The position numbers and the translations under genes are program-made. Positions 17,553-29,600 of a DNA stretch of 64,000 bases are shown one piece after another. Below the pieces are notes generated by a model. The model made no database searches. It was given only the letters and a program-made list of their open reading frames with translations, and was not told the DNA's origin. Origin of the DNA: a virus; the IMG/VR virus record IMGVR_UViG_3300047470_000115, positions 1-64,000 of that record, one strand, 5' to 3'. Each line of letters starts with the position of its first letter. The stretch's first letter is position 1.

Positions 17553-18037
17553 TTAACGCCGACTCGACAGCTTTCCCCGGCAATGTCATCGAGAAGGTCC
17601 GTCCGCGAGCGCAGGCTCTGGATGCAGACCTGTTCGTTGTGGCACGTCCACTGCAGCCCACTGATCCGATTCAATCGGTGGGAATTTTCCCGGCGCAATG
17701 GGGGCCGCAAGAAGGATCGCAGGAGATGGGACGCCAGTTCCCTGGCGAGCCAACACTCCAGAGGTACGACTTCGTGATCCAGGCACTCGTCAAGCATACG
17801 GATCAGGTTGAGGGCACTGCAATCATTTCAGCATTGTCGTCGATGATCCGTCGGATGCTGTACCGGGACGCAGCCTTGACGGTAGCTTTGACAAGCCTGA
17901 GCTCGTCGGCCCTGGGCTCAATCGAGAGGACCCAGCGCTGGGGTGTTGGGAGTCAAAGGTATCTGACGAACGAAATCTCGGGCAACTGGGTGTTCGTCAG
18001 CACATCCGAGTTCTGGGTCGAGACAGAGTCCACATAG
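17549..18037 (+). CDS. Tail terminator-like protein
   Basis: Position and size; TTGA overlap with upstream stop. Confidence 0.6.
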   Translation: MINADSTAFPGNVIEKVRPRAQALDADLFVVARPLQPTDPIQSVGIFPAQWGPQEGSQEMGRQFPGEPTLQRYDFVIQALVKHTDQVEGTAIISALSSMIRRMLYRDAALTVALTSLSSSALGSIERTQRWGVGSQRYLTNEISGNWVFVSTSEFWVETEST

Positions 18038-18046
18038 GGAGTACGC

Positions 18047-18403
18047 GTGGCGACGACGGATGAGGAACTGCAGCAACTGCAGAGTGAGATCAAAAACAAG
18101 AAGAAGTCGCTGGAGGAGAAGCAGCGCAAGGGCGCAGAGCTGCAGCGACTCATTCAGAACGACCAGACCAAGGACGCCCTCGCCAAGGAGTCCGAGAACC
18201 TGGACGCCGCGCTCGCGCAGGCCGACGCCCACCTCGGCGCCCTCGAAGAGGCGTCCGGCGTGAGTGCCGATTCCATCAAGCTCGCGGTCACCCGCAGTGC
18301 GTCGGAAACGCCTGCAACTCCAGCTGTCGCAACTGCGCCGGTTCCGGACAGCGCAACGCCGACCGAGGCTGCGACCTCGACCAGCGCCAAGCGCGGCAAG
18401 TAG
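18047..18403 (+). CDS. Coiled-coil hypothetical protein
   Basis: GGGAG RBS; heptad-rich N-terminus. Confidence 0.75.
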   Translation: MATTDEELQQLQSEIKNKKKSLEEKQRKGAELQRLIQNDQTKDALAKESENLDAALAQADAHLGALEEASGVSADSIKLAVTRSASETPATPAVATAPVPDSATPTEAATSTSAKRGK

Positions 18404-18416
18404 AGGGGGCAGTTAA

Positions 18417-19427
18417 GTGGGATTCTCTTCCCAGGGCGGCGCGGTACTCGTCAAGACGCAGGCGGTCAAGGGCACCTTCCCGGCCGACTTCGACGCGACA
18501 GCGATCGGCGTCAAGCTTCGTTCTGGAGCACTCGGCGCCAGCCGAGACCTCCTCATTCCGGACCCCGAGATCGGTGGCGGTCGAGACACTGCCGACGCAT
18601 ACCTCGGTGCGATCTCGTTCTCCGGAGACTACGAGTTCTATGCGCGCATGGAGAGCGTCGGCTCGTTCCTGGCTGCCGCCCTCGGTGTCACGAACAGTGC
18701 ACTCGTGACCGGCGTGGGAACTCACACCATCACGCCGAGCGATGCGGCGCAGTTGCCGTACATCGCAGTCCAGGAGCAGATCGGCGCCGGTCTCGATGCC
18801 TTCAACTACACGGACGCTGTCGTCAACACCTTTCACCTCGAAGCCGAGGCGAACGGGTACCTGATGGGCACGGCGGGTTTGATCGCGCGCACCCAGCTGC
18901 CGGTCGCATCGCCTGTGGCCTCGCCCGAGTTCGACAACACGCCGATGACTGTTGGCACGAACATCACGGCGACTTACAACGGCGTGACCGTACCCGCGAA
19001 GTCCTTCAGCCTCGACATCAACAACAACTTCGAAGACGACGACTTCCGCCTCGGCTCGTTCTTCCTCGGGGACCTGACTCCGAAGACTCGCGAGATCACG
19101 GCCCAGCTGTCGATCCGTCACGACTCGAAGGACATCTGGCGGCAGGCCACCTACGGGTCTTCGGCAGCCGTGGCCCCGGGCGGCATCGCGACGAAGCAGC
19201 CGCTCGTCATCACGATGACGACGTACGAGGACATCGTCGGCAGCACGCCGCTCACCAAGGCGAGCCTCCAGTTCACGATCCCCAAGGCGATCATCAGTCC
19301 GTTCGCGTACGGACCCTCGGGTGACGACATCCTGGAGAACGACATCGACCTGCGCGGACTTCGCCCCGACCCGGCGAACCCGATCCTCACGGCCGTGCTG
19401 AAGAACAGCCTGGCAACCCTCCCGTAA
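18417..19427 (+). CDS. Major tail (tube) protein
   Basis: 336 aa, high GC3; THTITP and FSLDINNN motifs; position. Confidence 0.88.
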   Translation: MGFSSQGGAVLVKTQAVKGTFPADFDATAIGVKLRSGALGASRDLLIPDPEIGGGRDTADAYLGAISFSGDYEFYARMESVGSFLAAALGVTNSALVTGVGTHTITPSDAAQLPYIAVQEQIGAGLDAFNYTDAVVNTFHLEAEANGYLMGTAGLIARTQLPVASPVASPEFDNTPMTVGTNITATYNGVTVPAKSFSLDINNNFEDDDFRLGSFFLGDLTPKTREITAQLSIRHDSKDIWRQATYGSSAAVAPGGIATKQPLVITMTTYEDIVGSTPLTKASLQFTIPKAIISPFAYGPSGDDILENDIDLRGLRPDPANPILTAVLKNSLATLP

Positions 19428-19474
19428 CCCAGATCAATTCGAGATAGCTAGACCTAGAAAGGGTCATCAGTCTC

Positions 19475-20035
19475 ATGGAATCCACCATGGAAGTGAAGCA
19501 CTTGAGCGAGAGCGCGGACGCTGCGATGTCGGCTGCTGGAGTCGACGTCGCGGTCTCACAGGAGGTCGACTACTTCGACTTCGAGGAGCTTGGTGAGTTC
19601 CTCATGCCGGACGGCCGCCAGAAGATCTTCCTGAAGGCGCTGAACGAGGGCGCCAAGCGGAAGTTCCAGAAGGAGACCAGCCGGGACCTTCGCGTGCAGC
19701 GATCGAGCGGTGACGCGCTCGTGAAGATGGACCCGGGCCAGGAGCGTTACACGCTCTGCATGGAGTCCATCACCGGCTGGACGCTGCGTCGGCGGAACCC
19801 GAAGAACCGCGAGGTTTGGGAGAACGCACCGTTCGACCCCTCCAACGTCAAGCGGTTCTTGGAGGCGACGAACCCGGCCCTCATCGAGGATCTGGAGAAG
19901 GAGATCCGCAAGCTCAACCCCTGGCTGCTCGACGAGTTGTCGGTCAAGGAGATCGACAAGGAGATCGAGAACCTCCAGGAGCTTCGCGCGAAGGCGGTGG
20001 AACGGGAAGCGGCAAAAGCCGATTCCGCGAGCTAG
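19475..20035 (+). CDS. Tail assembly chaperone (gpG analog)
   Basis: Lies between the tail tube and tape measure genes. Confidence 0.85.
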   Translation: MESTMEVKHLSESADAAMSAAGVDVAVSQEVDYFDFEELGEFLMPDGRQKIFLKALNEGAKRKFQKETSRDLRVQRSSGDALVKMDPGQERYTLCMESITGWTLRRRNPKNREVWENAPFDPSNVKRFLEATNPALIEDLEKEIRKLNPWLLDELSVKEIDKEIENLQELRAKAVEREAAKADSAS

Positions 20036-20274
20036 TCTTCAACTGGGCCTTCGATAAGAAACTCGAATGGATTCCAGAAAGTCTCCGACTGTACGTCTTC
20101 TGTAAATCGATCAAGTTCACGCACCTCCCGGTCGCCGGTGGCCTGTACGATCAGCACCCGGACTTGATTGAACAGTGGGAAGTCATCATGGAGGCCGAAG
20201 CTACTCGCCAGAGGCGCGACGAGGAAAAACGCGAGGCGGAATCTCGCCGAAATCAAAGGCGTCGCGCTAGATAG
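20011..20274 (+). CDS. Tail assembly chaperone -1 frameshift extension (gpGT analog)
   Basis: Open -1 frame encoding LPVAGGLYDQ; slippery site G GCA AAA at 20011-20017. Confidence 0.75.
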   Translation, partial: GKSRFRELVFNWAFDKKLEWIPESLRLYVFCKSIKFTHLPVAGGLYDQHPDLIEQWEVIMEAEATRQRRDEEKREAESRRNQRRRAR

Positions 20275-20370
20275 CCCCCGGTGCTTTACGGTGCCGGGGG
20301 TTGTCCTTTATCTTCAACAGTAGTCGGGTACGTGAGACCCTTTTGGACACTATAAGTCCTAGGGGTCTCG

Positions 20371-23300
20371 TTGAGCGCAGCAGTGATGAACATCCAGGTC
20401 CGAGTTATCAACGGCAATGCCCGCTCGGTTCTTCGGTCTCTGCGCTCCGACATCGACAACGTGAACCGTGCACTTGGGGACACGAATAAGCGGTCTGCAC
20501 TTTCAGGTCGAGGCATGACCTCCCTGGGTAACCAGATCCAATGGACTGGACGACAGATCCAGACCAACTTCACCTTGCCACTCATCGCTGCAGGTGCTGC
20601 TGCAGTCCATTGGCAACTCCAAAACGAACAGGCGATGACAAGAGTCGCCAAGGTTTACGGGGACGCCTCTCTCTCTGCAGCCACAATGAAGAACGAGCTC
20701 CATGCACTGAGTGGTGCATTCGAGGAACTGTCGAACCACTTCGGCGTGCAGCAGTCCGAGGTCATCGGCATCGCGGGTGACTGGGCTGCAGCCGGTGCAT
20801 CAGGCCTTGCCCTCGCCAAGAGTGTCAAGCTCACCCTTGAGACCATGGTCCTCGGCGAGATGGACGCAGCCGAAGCGACGCAGGCACTCATCGCGATCCA
20901 GGCACAGTACGGATTCAGCACTACTCGCCTCGCTGAAACGATCGGCTACCTGAACGCCGTCGAGAACCAGACCGGTATCTCGATGAAGGGCCTCATTCAG
21001 GGCTTCGCGCGTTCTGCTGGTGTAGCACGTCAGGCAGGTGTCGACGTCCGGCACCTGGCCGCCATGCTCGCAGCCATCAGCCCCGCTGCAGGTGGTGCGG
21101 CTGAAGCCGGTAACGCACTCAAGACTATCTTCTCTCGACTTGCATCTCCAACTCGCGAAACAAGTCAGGTGCTGAACCTCATGGGTATCAGCATGAAGGA
21201 CTTGGAGTGGAAGTCGTCGACGGCCACCGAGCAGCTTCAGATCATGTCGAAGAAGTTCAAAGAGCTGTCGGACAAGCAGAAGGAAGTCGTCTCGACGGTT
21301 GTCGCGTCGCGTTGGCAGATCAACAAGTTCTCCATCCTCATGCGTGAGTTGTCATCGGAGAACGGCTACTACCAGAAGGCGCTTGATGCGACAGCGAGTC
21401 GTCAGCACGTCTTCAACCTGTACCAGAAGGAGCTCAACACTGTACTGAGCTCTAATCCGCGTCGGCTGCAGATCATCTGGACGATGATGCAGAACGCTGC
21501 GACCGACATCATCCAGCCGATGATCCCACTTCTCCTGTATGTGGCGAACTCGGTTCGCATGGTGGTCCAAGCATTCTCGAGCTTGGACCCGGCACTCCAG
21601 AAGCTTATCCTGTTCGGACTGGTAGCCCTCGCGTTTGTTGGGCCGTTCGTCAGGTACGTCGGATCGTTGCTGACGCTGATTGGCGCACTCGTCACGATCG
21701 TCAGTGCCATGGCTGCGCCATTTATAGCTGGCTTCGCGGCCATCGGAACTGGCGCAGCAGCATTCGCTAAGGGTATTGGTTTCGTCTGGACCACCATCAT
21801 GGTGAACCTGAGAGCCATTACTTATATCGGGATGGCCTGGATTCAAGGTGTCTGGGCTGCTGGCATGTTTGGACTGCGCCCCATCCTGTCGCTGGTCGGA
21901 ATGATCATCGCGAGCAGGTGGGCAACGCTGATGGCAGCGCTCCCCCGTACCATGGCGGCAGCCCAGATCCTCATGAGGACGATCTGGATCAATGGTCTGC
22001 TCGCCCTGGCCGCAGCACAGATCGTGGTAGGTGCCCTACTGACCCGCGCTTGGCTGGCGACCATGAGGGCGCAGGCTGTGATCACCTCGGTTGCGGGTAC
22101 CGCAATCAGGGCAGCCTATACAGGTTTGATGCTGAGTATCGCGGCTATCTCGTCCGTGGTGTACCCGCTCGTTGTGCGCATGTGGACTGCGATGATGACA
22201 GGCGTCTTCATCGTGGTGAACGCTTGGAGCAGGTTCACTACGATGATCTACCGCGCCTTTGCGATGGGCCTTACGCCCATCAGCGTGGCGGCTGGCGCGC
22301 TCCTCACTGCAGCCTGGACCGCAATTACCACTGCTGTACAGTACGTGCTCCTCGCTGGCACGATTGCGTACACAGCTATTTGGCGCCTGTTCGCCTTCGG
22401 CCTCGCGCCCATCACCGCAGCTGCAGGCAGGCTACTCACTGCAGCGTGGGTCGCGACAATGCGCGCCCAGATGATCGTGATGGCGGCAGCTCAGAGAGCG
22501 TGGGCTCTTGCGTGGTCCGGCATGGTCGCGATTGCTGCAGCTGGCTCCAGAGCCATCGCCCTCGTAACCACCATGGCCACGGGCGCGATCACCCTCCTGG
22601 CGGCGTTCCCCGGACGCGTGGCAGCCCTCTTCCGTGGCGGTTGGGCCCTATTGCTAATAGTGGCGAGAGCCGGACTTGCCGGTCTCGCGTCGCTCATTAC
22701 CGGCGCGGTTGGTGCGATCAGTTGGCCCGTCGTAGCAGTGATTGCTGCCGTCGTTCTGTTGATCGCAGGGTTCTGGGATCAGATCCAGGCCATCTGGAAC
22801 AACATAGTCAACTACTTCAGCAACAGTGGGAACTCGCTAGTTACGGCAGTCAGGAACACCTTTGGCAGCCTGGGCAGCATGATGTCCAGGGTGTTCAACA
22901 AGCTGCCCGAGAGTGTGAAGAACGCAATGCTGGCGGTGGTCAGCCTGGTCGCCGCAGCCGCACGCAAGGTGTACGAACTCTTCAGCTACATCAACCCGTT
23001 CGCGCATCACTCGCCCTCGCTCGTCGAGAATGTCACGAACGGTATGGCGATAGTTCGCAAGCAGTTCGCGACACTCTCCGAGGTTGAGGGTTACGTCAAG
23101 TCTGCCTACGCAACGATCAGTGCATTCGGGCGCGCGACGGCAGGCCTCGCCTCGAAGAACCAGGCAGCCGACTTCGCGGAGAAGCGCGCCTCGATCGTCA
23201 AGCAGTCCCCGAGTGCCGGGCCTGCGTTTGACTCGATGGTGGCACAGATCAATAAGCTGACGCCTGTACTTAACCAGCTGAAGTCTGCAGTAGCAGCACA

Positions 23301-26300
23301 GCAGGCTGTCGTTGATCAGTGGTCCAAGGCTCTTGACGATGCCAACGCCAAGCTGGACGTTCAGCAGGATAAGCTAGAGAAGCTGAAGAAGGTTGCTGAC
23401 GACCTACAGAACCAGCTCGATGCTGCGAAGTCGACTCTCGACACCTGGGCGGACACTCCCATCCAGGGTCAGCAGGCAATGTCTGATGCGATCTTCGATA
23501 ACACGATGGCGCAGAAGAAGCTCCAACTTCAGATGATGGAGATGGAGAAGATCACCGGCCCGCTTGATGACATCAAGAGTAAGATGTCTGCGATCAACGG
23601 CCAGATGGATCAGCTGCAGGGCATGCGTACAAGCCTTCAGCAGGGTGGCGCTGGATCTGACATCCTCAAGTTCTATGACGACCAGCTCGCTGGCCTGCAG
23701 GGTCAGAGTGATGGACTTGGAGAGCAGGCGAAGGCGCTCCAGGATATGCAGGATCAGCTCGACGAGTTGGCGCGCAAGGGCCAGGAGCTTGACCTGCAAA
23801 ACAGCATCCAGTTCGATCCGCTGATTCGGCAGATCGAGCAGGCGTCGAAGGATATGAAGGAGATGCCCTTCGACACCATCATGGCTGGGATTAAGGGCAG
23901 CAAGGCTGAAGTCGACAGCCTGACTGATGCGTACAACAAGGCTAACGCCGAGGTCGAGAAGCAGCAGAAGGTCGTTGACGCAGCCACGGCGGCGCGTGAC
24001 GCGATCCAGAAGCGTTACGATGAAGAGAACAAGAAGCTTCAGACCCTCAAGGACTCGTACGACAAGATCAACCAGGCCATCCAGGACATCACCAACAGCC
24101 TGAATGACATGGCATCGGCAGCTGATGCTGCTACCCGTCGGGCTACCGATAAGAAGGCAAAGAAGAAGGGTGGCGACAGCCTCAGCCCTGGTGCGCAAAA
24201 CTTTATCGATGCAGCCGGTGGCAACTTCCCCGACCCGGGCATGGATGCCGCGATTGGCCGAGAAGGCGGTATAGGGGATCAGTCGTCGGCCATTGACGAC
24301 TTCACGAAGGATCTTGCTAAGCAGACGTCCGGTATGTTTGCTGGACTCAATCCCCTTGGCCCGCTCAAGAAGTGGTGGGACAAGGCGTGGAGCTGGCTCA
24401 AGAAGTACATCGGCCCGCTGTTCTCCGGACTGGGAGACTTCATCGGCTCCGCCTTCGAGGGTATGGGAGACCCCTTCGGTGGCGCGATGAGCGGATGGAT
24501 GGACAGCATCAAGGGTTTCGTTGACACTTCGGTAAAGGTGTTCGGCGAGATCGTTAGCGGCGTGTCCACATTCGTCGGACAAGTCTGGGGATTCATCCAA
24601 GGGTTCTGGGACTTTGCGCAGCCTATCTTTGAGCACCTATGGGACGGCATTGTCGATGGACTCAAGAAGATGTGGGACAAGATTGGTCCACAGCTTGCAG
24701 CGTTCGGCGACCTCGTCAAGCCCGTCGGTGACGCGATCAGTAACCTGTGGACACTGATCGGACCTATCATTGGACTGATCTTCGCTGATCTTGCTGCAGG
24801 CGTAATGCTCGTGGTGGACATCATCGCGCACACCATCGGTCCAGTACTCGAGACCATTGGTGCCATCATCGGTGGAGTCATCCGCATCATTCGAGGAGTC
24901 ATCGAGTTCCTCGTCGGAGTCTTTACCCTCGACTGGGATATGGCCTGGAAGGGCATCACTGATATCTTCGGTGGCGTCTGGGACATCATTGCAGGCATCG
25001 TTACAGGCGCCTGGAATATCGTGGTCGGTATCCTCGTAGGTGCACTTGACTGGGTTGGCCATGTCTTCGCGTTCATCTGGAACAAGGTCAAGGGGCCGTT
25101 CAAGGATGCATGGGACTGGATCACAAAGAAGCTGACAGGCTGGAAGGATAGCTTCGTCGGCACTATGCGAGACCTGTCGAACTGGCTCGGCACGAAACTC
25201 GCCAACGCATGGAAGCCCGTAAGTGACTGGTGGAGCTCGACTTGGGGCACCATCAAGAAGAATGCGATCGGCGCCAAGGACGCGATCATTAAGCCCTTCG
25301 TCGATATGTATAACTGGATCTCCAGCAAGCTCACTGGTGTCATGGGGACCATGTCGGCGAAGTGGAAAGAAAAGTGGACAGACCTTAAGAAGTGGTTCAA
25401 CGACGCGAAGAAGTGGATCAGCGATCCGCTGAAGGACGGCATCAACTTCGCGATCTCGGCGATCAACCTGCTCATCAGTGGACTGAACAAGGTAGCCGAC
25501 CTACTGCCAGGTCTGGACTGGCACATCAGCCCCATCCCGAAGCTGGCAGCCGGTGGTGGCATTCCGACTAAGCATGTCGGCGGAGGCTTCAAGACGACTG
25601 GTCCGAGGGCCATCGTCGGCGAGGGTAACCAGCGATACCCAGAGTATGTCATCCCGACTGATCCGATGTATCGAGGTCGAGCGTTCAACCTGCTCGGCGG
25701 TCTTACGTCTGACCTTGGAATCGCGCAGAGTTCGATCGGAGGCGTCCCGGCCTACAAGGGCGGTGGCATCCTCGGCTCGATCGGTGACGCGATCGGAAGT
25801 GCAGGAAACTTCTTCAAGGGCCTGGGCGACGACCTACTGAGTCACATCAGCGACGGTGTGGCAAGTTACATTGTCGATCCATTCTTCAAGATGGCTGACC
25901 CCTGGGTAAGCAAGATTAATTGGAAGTTCGTCAAGGGTATGTGGAATGCCGGAAAGGCGAAGATCAAGGACTGGCTGTCGTTCACTGATGACGCCGCGAA
26001 GGAGAAGTACGAGGAGGGTGGCGCCGCTGGAATCCCTGCTGGAAAGCTGAAGACCTGGATCACCAAGGCCCTCGGCATCATCAAGGAATCCCTGAGTCTC
26101 TCCAAGGGCGTCTACAACATCGCCATGCATGAGTCTGGCGGTAACCCTCGGGCTATCAACCTCACGGACAGCAATGCCAAGGCGGGTCACCCGTCCAAGG
26201 GCGTTATGCAGACTATCGACGGCACGTTCAACGCGTACTCGATCAAGGGCCACAAGGATATCTGGAACCCGGTCGACAACATCATCGCGGGTACCAGGTA

Positions 26301-26634
26301 TGCAATCTCTAGGTACGGACGCAAGTGGCTCCAGAAGGGTGGCAACCGAGACAAGAACGGAAATTACATTGGTTACGAGATGGGTGGCATTTTGGGGTCC
26401 ATCCCGAGCCTCGCGCAGGGTGCTTACATCCGGCGCAAGGCGGGCGGTACGATCGTCCGGGTTGGAGAGGGTCAGCACGACGAAGCTGTTCTGCCACTGC
26501 CTAGGGGTGCACAGGATCTCAAGGGTGGGACGACGAACAACTTCTACGGCGACCTGTCCTTCCCGAACATCAAGTCTGGCGACGACGCCCAGGCGTTCCT
26601 CGATAACCTTGAGACCCTAACGGCAGGTAAGTGA
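20371..26634 (+). CDS. Tape measure protein with C-terminal lytic transglycosylase (SLT) domain
   Basis: 2087 aa; TP901-like N-terminal core, hydrophobic and coiled-coil segments, Trp-periodic repeats; HESGGNPRAIN...SKGVMQTI...NPVDNIIAG SLT motif. Confidence 0.93.
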   Translation: MSAAVMNIQVRVINGNARSVLRSLRSDIDNVNRALGDTNKRSALSGRGMTSLGNQIQWTGRQIQTNFTLPLIAAGAAAVHWQLQNEQAMTRVAKVYGDASLSAATMKNELHALSGAFEELSNHFGVQQSEVIGIAGDWAAAGASGLALAKSVKLTLETMVLGEMDAAEATQALIAIQAQYGFSTTRLAETIGYLNAVENQTGISMKGLIQGFARSAGVARQAGVDVRHLAAMLAAISPAAGGAAEAGNALKTIFSRLASPTRETSQVLNLMGISMKDLEWKSSTATEQLQIMSKKFKELSDKQKEVVSTVVASRWQINKFSILMRELSSENGYYQKALDATASRQHVFNLYQKELNTVLSSNPRRLQIIWTMMQNAATDIIQPMIPLLLYVANSVRMVVQAFSSLDPALQKLILFGLVALAFVGPFVRYVGSLLTLIGALVTIVSAMAAPFIAGFAAIGTGAAAFAKGIGFVWTTIMVNLRAITYIGMAWIQGVWAAGMFGLRPILSLVGMIIASRWATLMAALPRTMAAAQILMRTIWINGLLALAAAQIVVGALLTRAWLATMRAQAVITSVAGTAIRAAYTGLMLSIAAISSVVYPLVVRMWTAMMTGVFIVVNAWSRFTTMIYRAFAMGLTPISVAAGALLTAAWTAITTAVQYVLLAGTIAYTAIWRLFAFGLAPITAAAGRLLTAAWVATMRAQMIVMAAAQRAWALAWSGMVAIAAAGSRAIALVTTMATGAITLLAAFPGRVAALFRGGWALLLIVARAGLAGLASLITGAVGAISWPVVAVIAAVVLLIAGFWDQIQAIWNNIVNYFSNSGNSLVTAVRNTFGSLGSMMSRVFNKLPESVKNAMLAVVSLVAAAARKVYELFSYINPFAHHSPSLVENVTNGMAIVRKQFATLSEVEGYVKSAYATISAFGRATAGLASKNQAADFAEKRASIVKQSPSAGPAFDSMVAQINKLTPVLNQLKSAVAAQQAVVDQWSKALDDANAKLDVQQDKLEKLKKVADDLQNQLDAAKSTLDTWADTPIQGQQAMSDAIFDNTMAQKKLQLQMMEMEKITGPLDDIKSKMSAINGQMDQLQGMRTSLQQGGAGSDILKFYDDQLAGLQGQSDGLGEQAKALQDMQDQLDELARKGQELDLQNSIQFDPLIRQIEQASKDMKEMPFDTIMAGIKGSKAEVDSLTDAYNKANAEVEKQQKVVDAATAARDAIQKRYDEENKKLQTLKDSYDKINQAIQDITNSLNDMASAADAATRRATDKKAKKKGGDSLSPGAQNFIDAAGGNFPDPGMDAAIGREGGIGDQSSAIDDFTKDLAKQTSGMFAGLNPLGPLKKWWDKAWSWLKKYIGPLFSGLGDFIGSAFEGMGDPFGGAMSGWMDSIKGFVDTSVKVFGEIVSGVSTFVGQVWGFIQGFWDFAQPIFEHLWDGIVDGLKKMWDKIGPQLAAFGDLVKPVGDAISNLWTLIGPIIGLIFADLAAGVMLVVDIIAHTIGPVLETIGAIIGGVIRIIRGVIEFLVGVFTLDWDMAWKGITDIFGGVWDIIAGIVTGAWNIVVGILVGALDWVGHVFAFIWNKVKGPFKDAWDWITKKLTGWKDSFVGTMRDLSNWLGTKLANAWKPVSDWWSSTWGTIKKNAIGAKDAIIKPFVDMYNWISSKLTGVMGTMSAKWKEKWTDLKKWFNDAKKWISDPLKDGINFAISAINLLISGLNKVADLLPGLDWHISPIPKLAAGGGIPTKHVGGGFKTTGPRAIVGEGNQRYPEYVIPTDPMYRGRAFNLLGGLTSDLGIAQSSIGGVPAYKGGGILGSIGDAIGSAGNFFKGLGDDLLSHISDGVASYIVDPFFKMADPWVSKINWKFVKGMWNAGKAKIKDWLSFTDDAAKEKYEEGGAAGIPAGKLKTWITKALGIIKESLSLSKGVYNIAMHESGGNPRAINLTDSNAKAGHPSKGVMQTIDGTFNAYSIKGHKDIWNPVDNIIAGTRYAISRYGRKWLQKGGNRDKNGNYIGYEMGGILGSIPSLAQGAYIRRKAGGTIVRVGEGQHDEAVLPLPRGAQDLKGGTTNNFYGDLSFPNIKSGDDAQAFLDNLETLTAGK

Positions 26635-29600
26635 TGGCGACGGAACCGGCAAGCATTCAGAACTCTTCGTTCGTGACTGATTTCACGAACGCGGTGTCGC
26701 CGATCATCAAGCGTCCGATCCACATTCTGGATGACGGAGCGCTCGTCGCAGTAATCCCCCAGCAGAACTCCCCTGATTCGCCCTACGGATCAGGGGATAG
26801 CGTTAACAAGATCGAGATCTGGTACAGTCCTGCGGACAGGTCTACATGGACCAAGAAGGCTACTTACAACCTTCCAACCGCCTTTGATATTTCACCGGGT
26901 GCTCATATCCACTGTGGATCGGTCCTGCTGAACGATGGAAGTGTCTACTTCGCGTGGCGCACTCCATCCCCAGACTTCATCATTAAGGCTGTAGTATTTA
27001 GCAAGACTGCAACCGCAACCTGGACGGCACCAGGCTCGGTTGAGACTGTATTCACGCCCGTCGGTCGCTTCCCGTACCGGCTCGACCTGGACGTGAACCG
27101 AGCTAACAATCGAGTCTTCCTCGGTTGGGCGTATCGAGGTATCAACTCGACCACCGACACCATCGGCGCAGATGTCATCGTTCGTACGGCAGCCAATACG
27201 TACGACTTCATTACGGGGTCGTACGACCTCGGAGGCAACGCTCAGCAGAAGGACAGCACTGAAGACTTCACGATTGCGATCGACCCAGCGTCCACCACTA
27301 CCTGGACACGCCTTGCCTACTGCGTCACCGTGGTCAGTACGACCAAGGATTACGGCGACAAGGTTTACATGCAGGTAGTGCGAAACTCTGACAACACCAC
27401 ACAGGGGAGTCAGCTGTATCGCACGATCAACACGGGAAGGTCTGCGAGTCGCAGGAGCAGCTGGCTATTCGCACCCAAGAACGGCATTTTCACTCTAGTA
27501 GGCGTGGGCGGTGCCGGGGCGGGGAGCGAAGCGTGGGGGATGCGCTTCAAGACATCTGACCCCATCACGGACACTACGCCTGCAATCGCGCAAGTCGCGC
27601 CGATTACCTACTCGCCGCTCAAGTTCAACACGAACCGGAGTAACTCGCTCTTCTCCGACGTGACTGTAACTTACGCGAACGACAACTTCAACATCCTTTG
27701 GCATGACACGTCTTACGTCTACAACATGCCTGGAAAGTTCAAAGGCGTTTCGATCTTCAACGCCGACACTCTTGCGAGTGTCAGCTTTGAGACCTCGCAG
27801 TACTCGTGGGACAACAGGCGTGTTTACGATCCAGCGACCGGGCGAGGTGCTGGTGTCGCCTCCGGCCTGTACGGCGGAGCACGAAATGCGGCTGCCACAA
27901 ATATGCACGATGTGCTGATGTCATACTTCGTGCGTACGTCGATCAGCAACAAGGATGCCGCCTGGCTGCACCAGTATAACAGGCCGTCGCGAGCGCCACA
28001 GAGTGCCGTTCCCGGAAAGAATACCGTTCAGAACACTAGCTTGCCACTGATCGGGATCTACGCTGACCTGGATCAGAAGTACCCACGCACTCCGATCAGG
28101 CCGAAGATTCAGATTGCTAAGGATGCCGGATTCACGACCGGCCTTATCGAGTACACCAAGTCTGGCTACACGGCAGTAAACAACACCAACGCCGATAACA
28201 CTTATGTCTACATCGCAGAGAAGCTCGCGCAGGGAAATGCGCTCCAGTCCGGCGCGTGGTACATCAGGGCGGCACACGAGGATTCGTTCGGAACTCGTGG
28301 AGCCTGGACTGTGGCGCAGCCGTTCAGTGTTCTACACAAGCCCTTCGCTTCGCCGGTGTCGCCTGTTCGTGGGGCAACGTTCAACTACGGGGCGTCTGGA
28401 CAGGTAACGTTCACCTGGACATTCGGTGATGGCTACGAGTTCGACTCTCAGACTGCGTATCGCATTCTGATCGAGACGAACGACAGCGACGATCCCGTAG
28501 TGGTACTCGATACTGGCAAGATCGCCTCGACCGATACCTTCGTGACGCTGGAGATCCCAAGCACCTCCAAGAACATCCAGCTGCGCTGGAGTATGCAGGT
28601 CTGGGACATCGACGACACTGCTGGTGACATGAGCGACTATGGCCTGTTCATGGTCGCTGATCCGCCGACGATAACCATTACGACACCAGTCGATGGCTCT
28701 GTCGTGGATAACGCCCGACCCTTTGTGCAGTGGACTTACGTGGACCCGACCGACTCGACACAGGCAGCGTACCGAGTTGTCATCCTCAAGGAGGGTGTCG
28801 CTGTATTCGACTCGGGATGGAAGACTGGAGTTGAGACTGTCTTCCAGGCGGACTCGCTTCTGTTGAGTAACGAGTCGTCGTACACGACCGTGCTGTATGT
28901 ACGAAACAGTATTGCGCTAGAGTCAAGCGTATCTTCGTCGTACACGACAGAGTGGATTGCACCACCAGACCCTGACCTGAGTAGCCTGTTCATTGACGTG
29001 ACGGGATACGATCAGCGCGGCCAGGGGTATGTGCTCATCTCGTGGGCGAACCTGACGGCGGATGACGAGTTCCTGTCGTGGAGGCTATACAGGCGATACA
29101 AGCTGTCGGACTCGGCCATCGTGGAGGACCCCGGAATCGACTGGGAGCTCGTTCACGAGGAATTCTCCGTCTCGCCTCCACTGGACGAGCCTGCATACAC
29201 GTTCCTGGATTACACGGCTCCGTCTGGGTATGACGTGCACTATACACTCACTCAGACTGTGATGCGCTTTGGGTCCATCGTGGAGTCTCGGAAGGTGACG
29301 ATTGACGATCTCGGGAAGATGGTGCACCTCGCGTCCGCCTCGTACTGGCTGATCGATCCAGAGGCTGACGGCAATCCAGACGATGCCATTCAGCTGTATG
29401 GAGCCTCTTCGGACTCATACACGGACGAGTACGAGACCGAGATCATGAACATCATCGGTCGAGGACGGCACGTCGAGATTGGCGACCGCCTCGGATACTC
29501 TGGTTCACTCAAGGTGCCGCTCCGGTTCATTCGAGGTAGCGAGGCACTTGATGGACCGCGCAGGCAAAAGCTTGACCTTGAGCGATTCAAGGCGAAGGGC

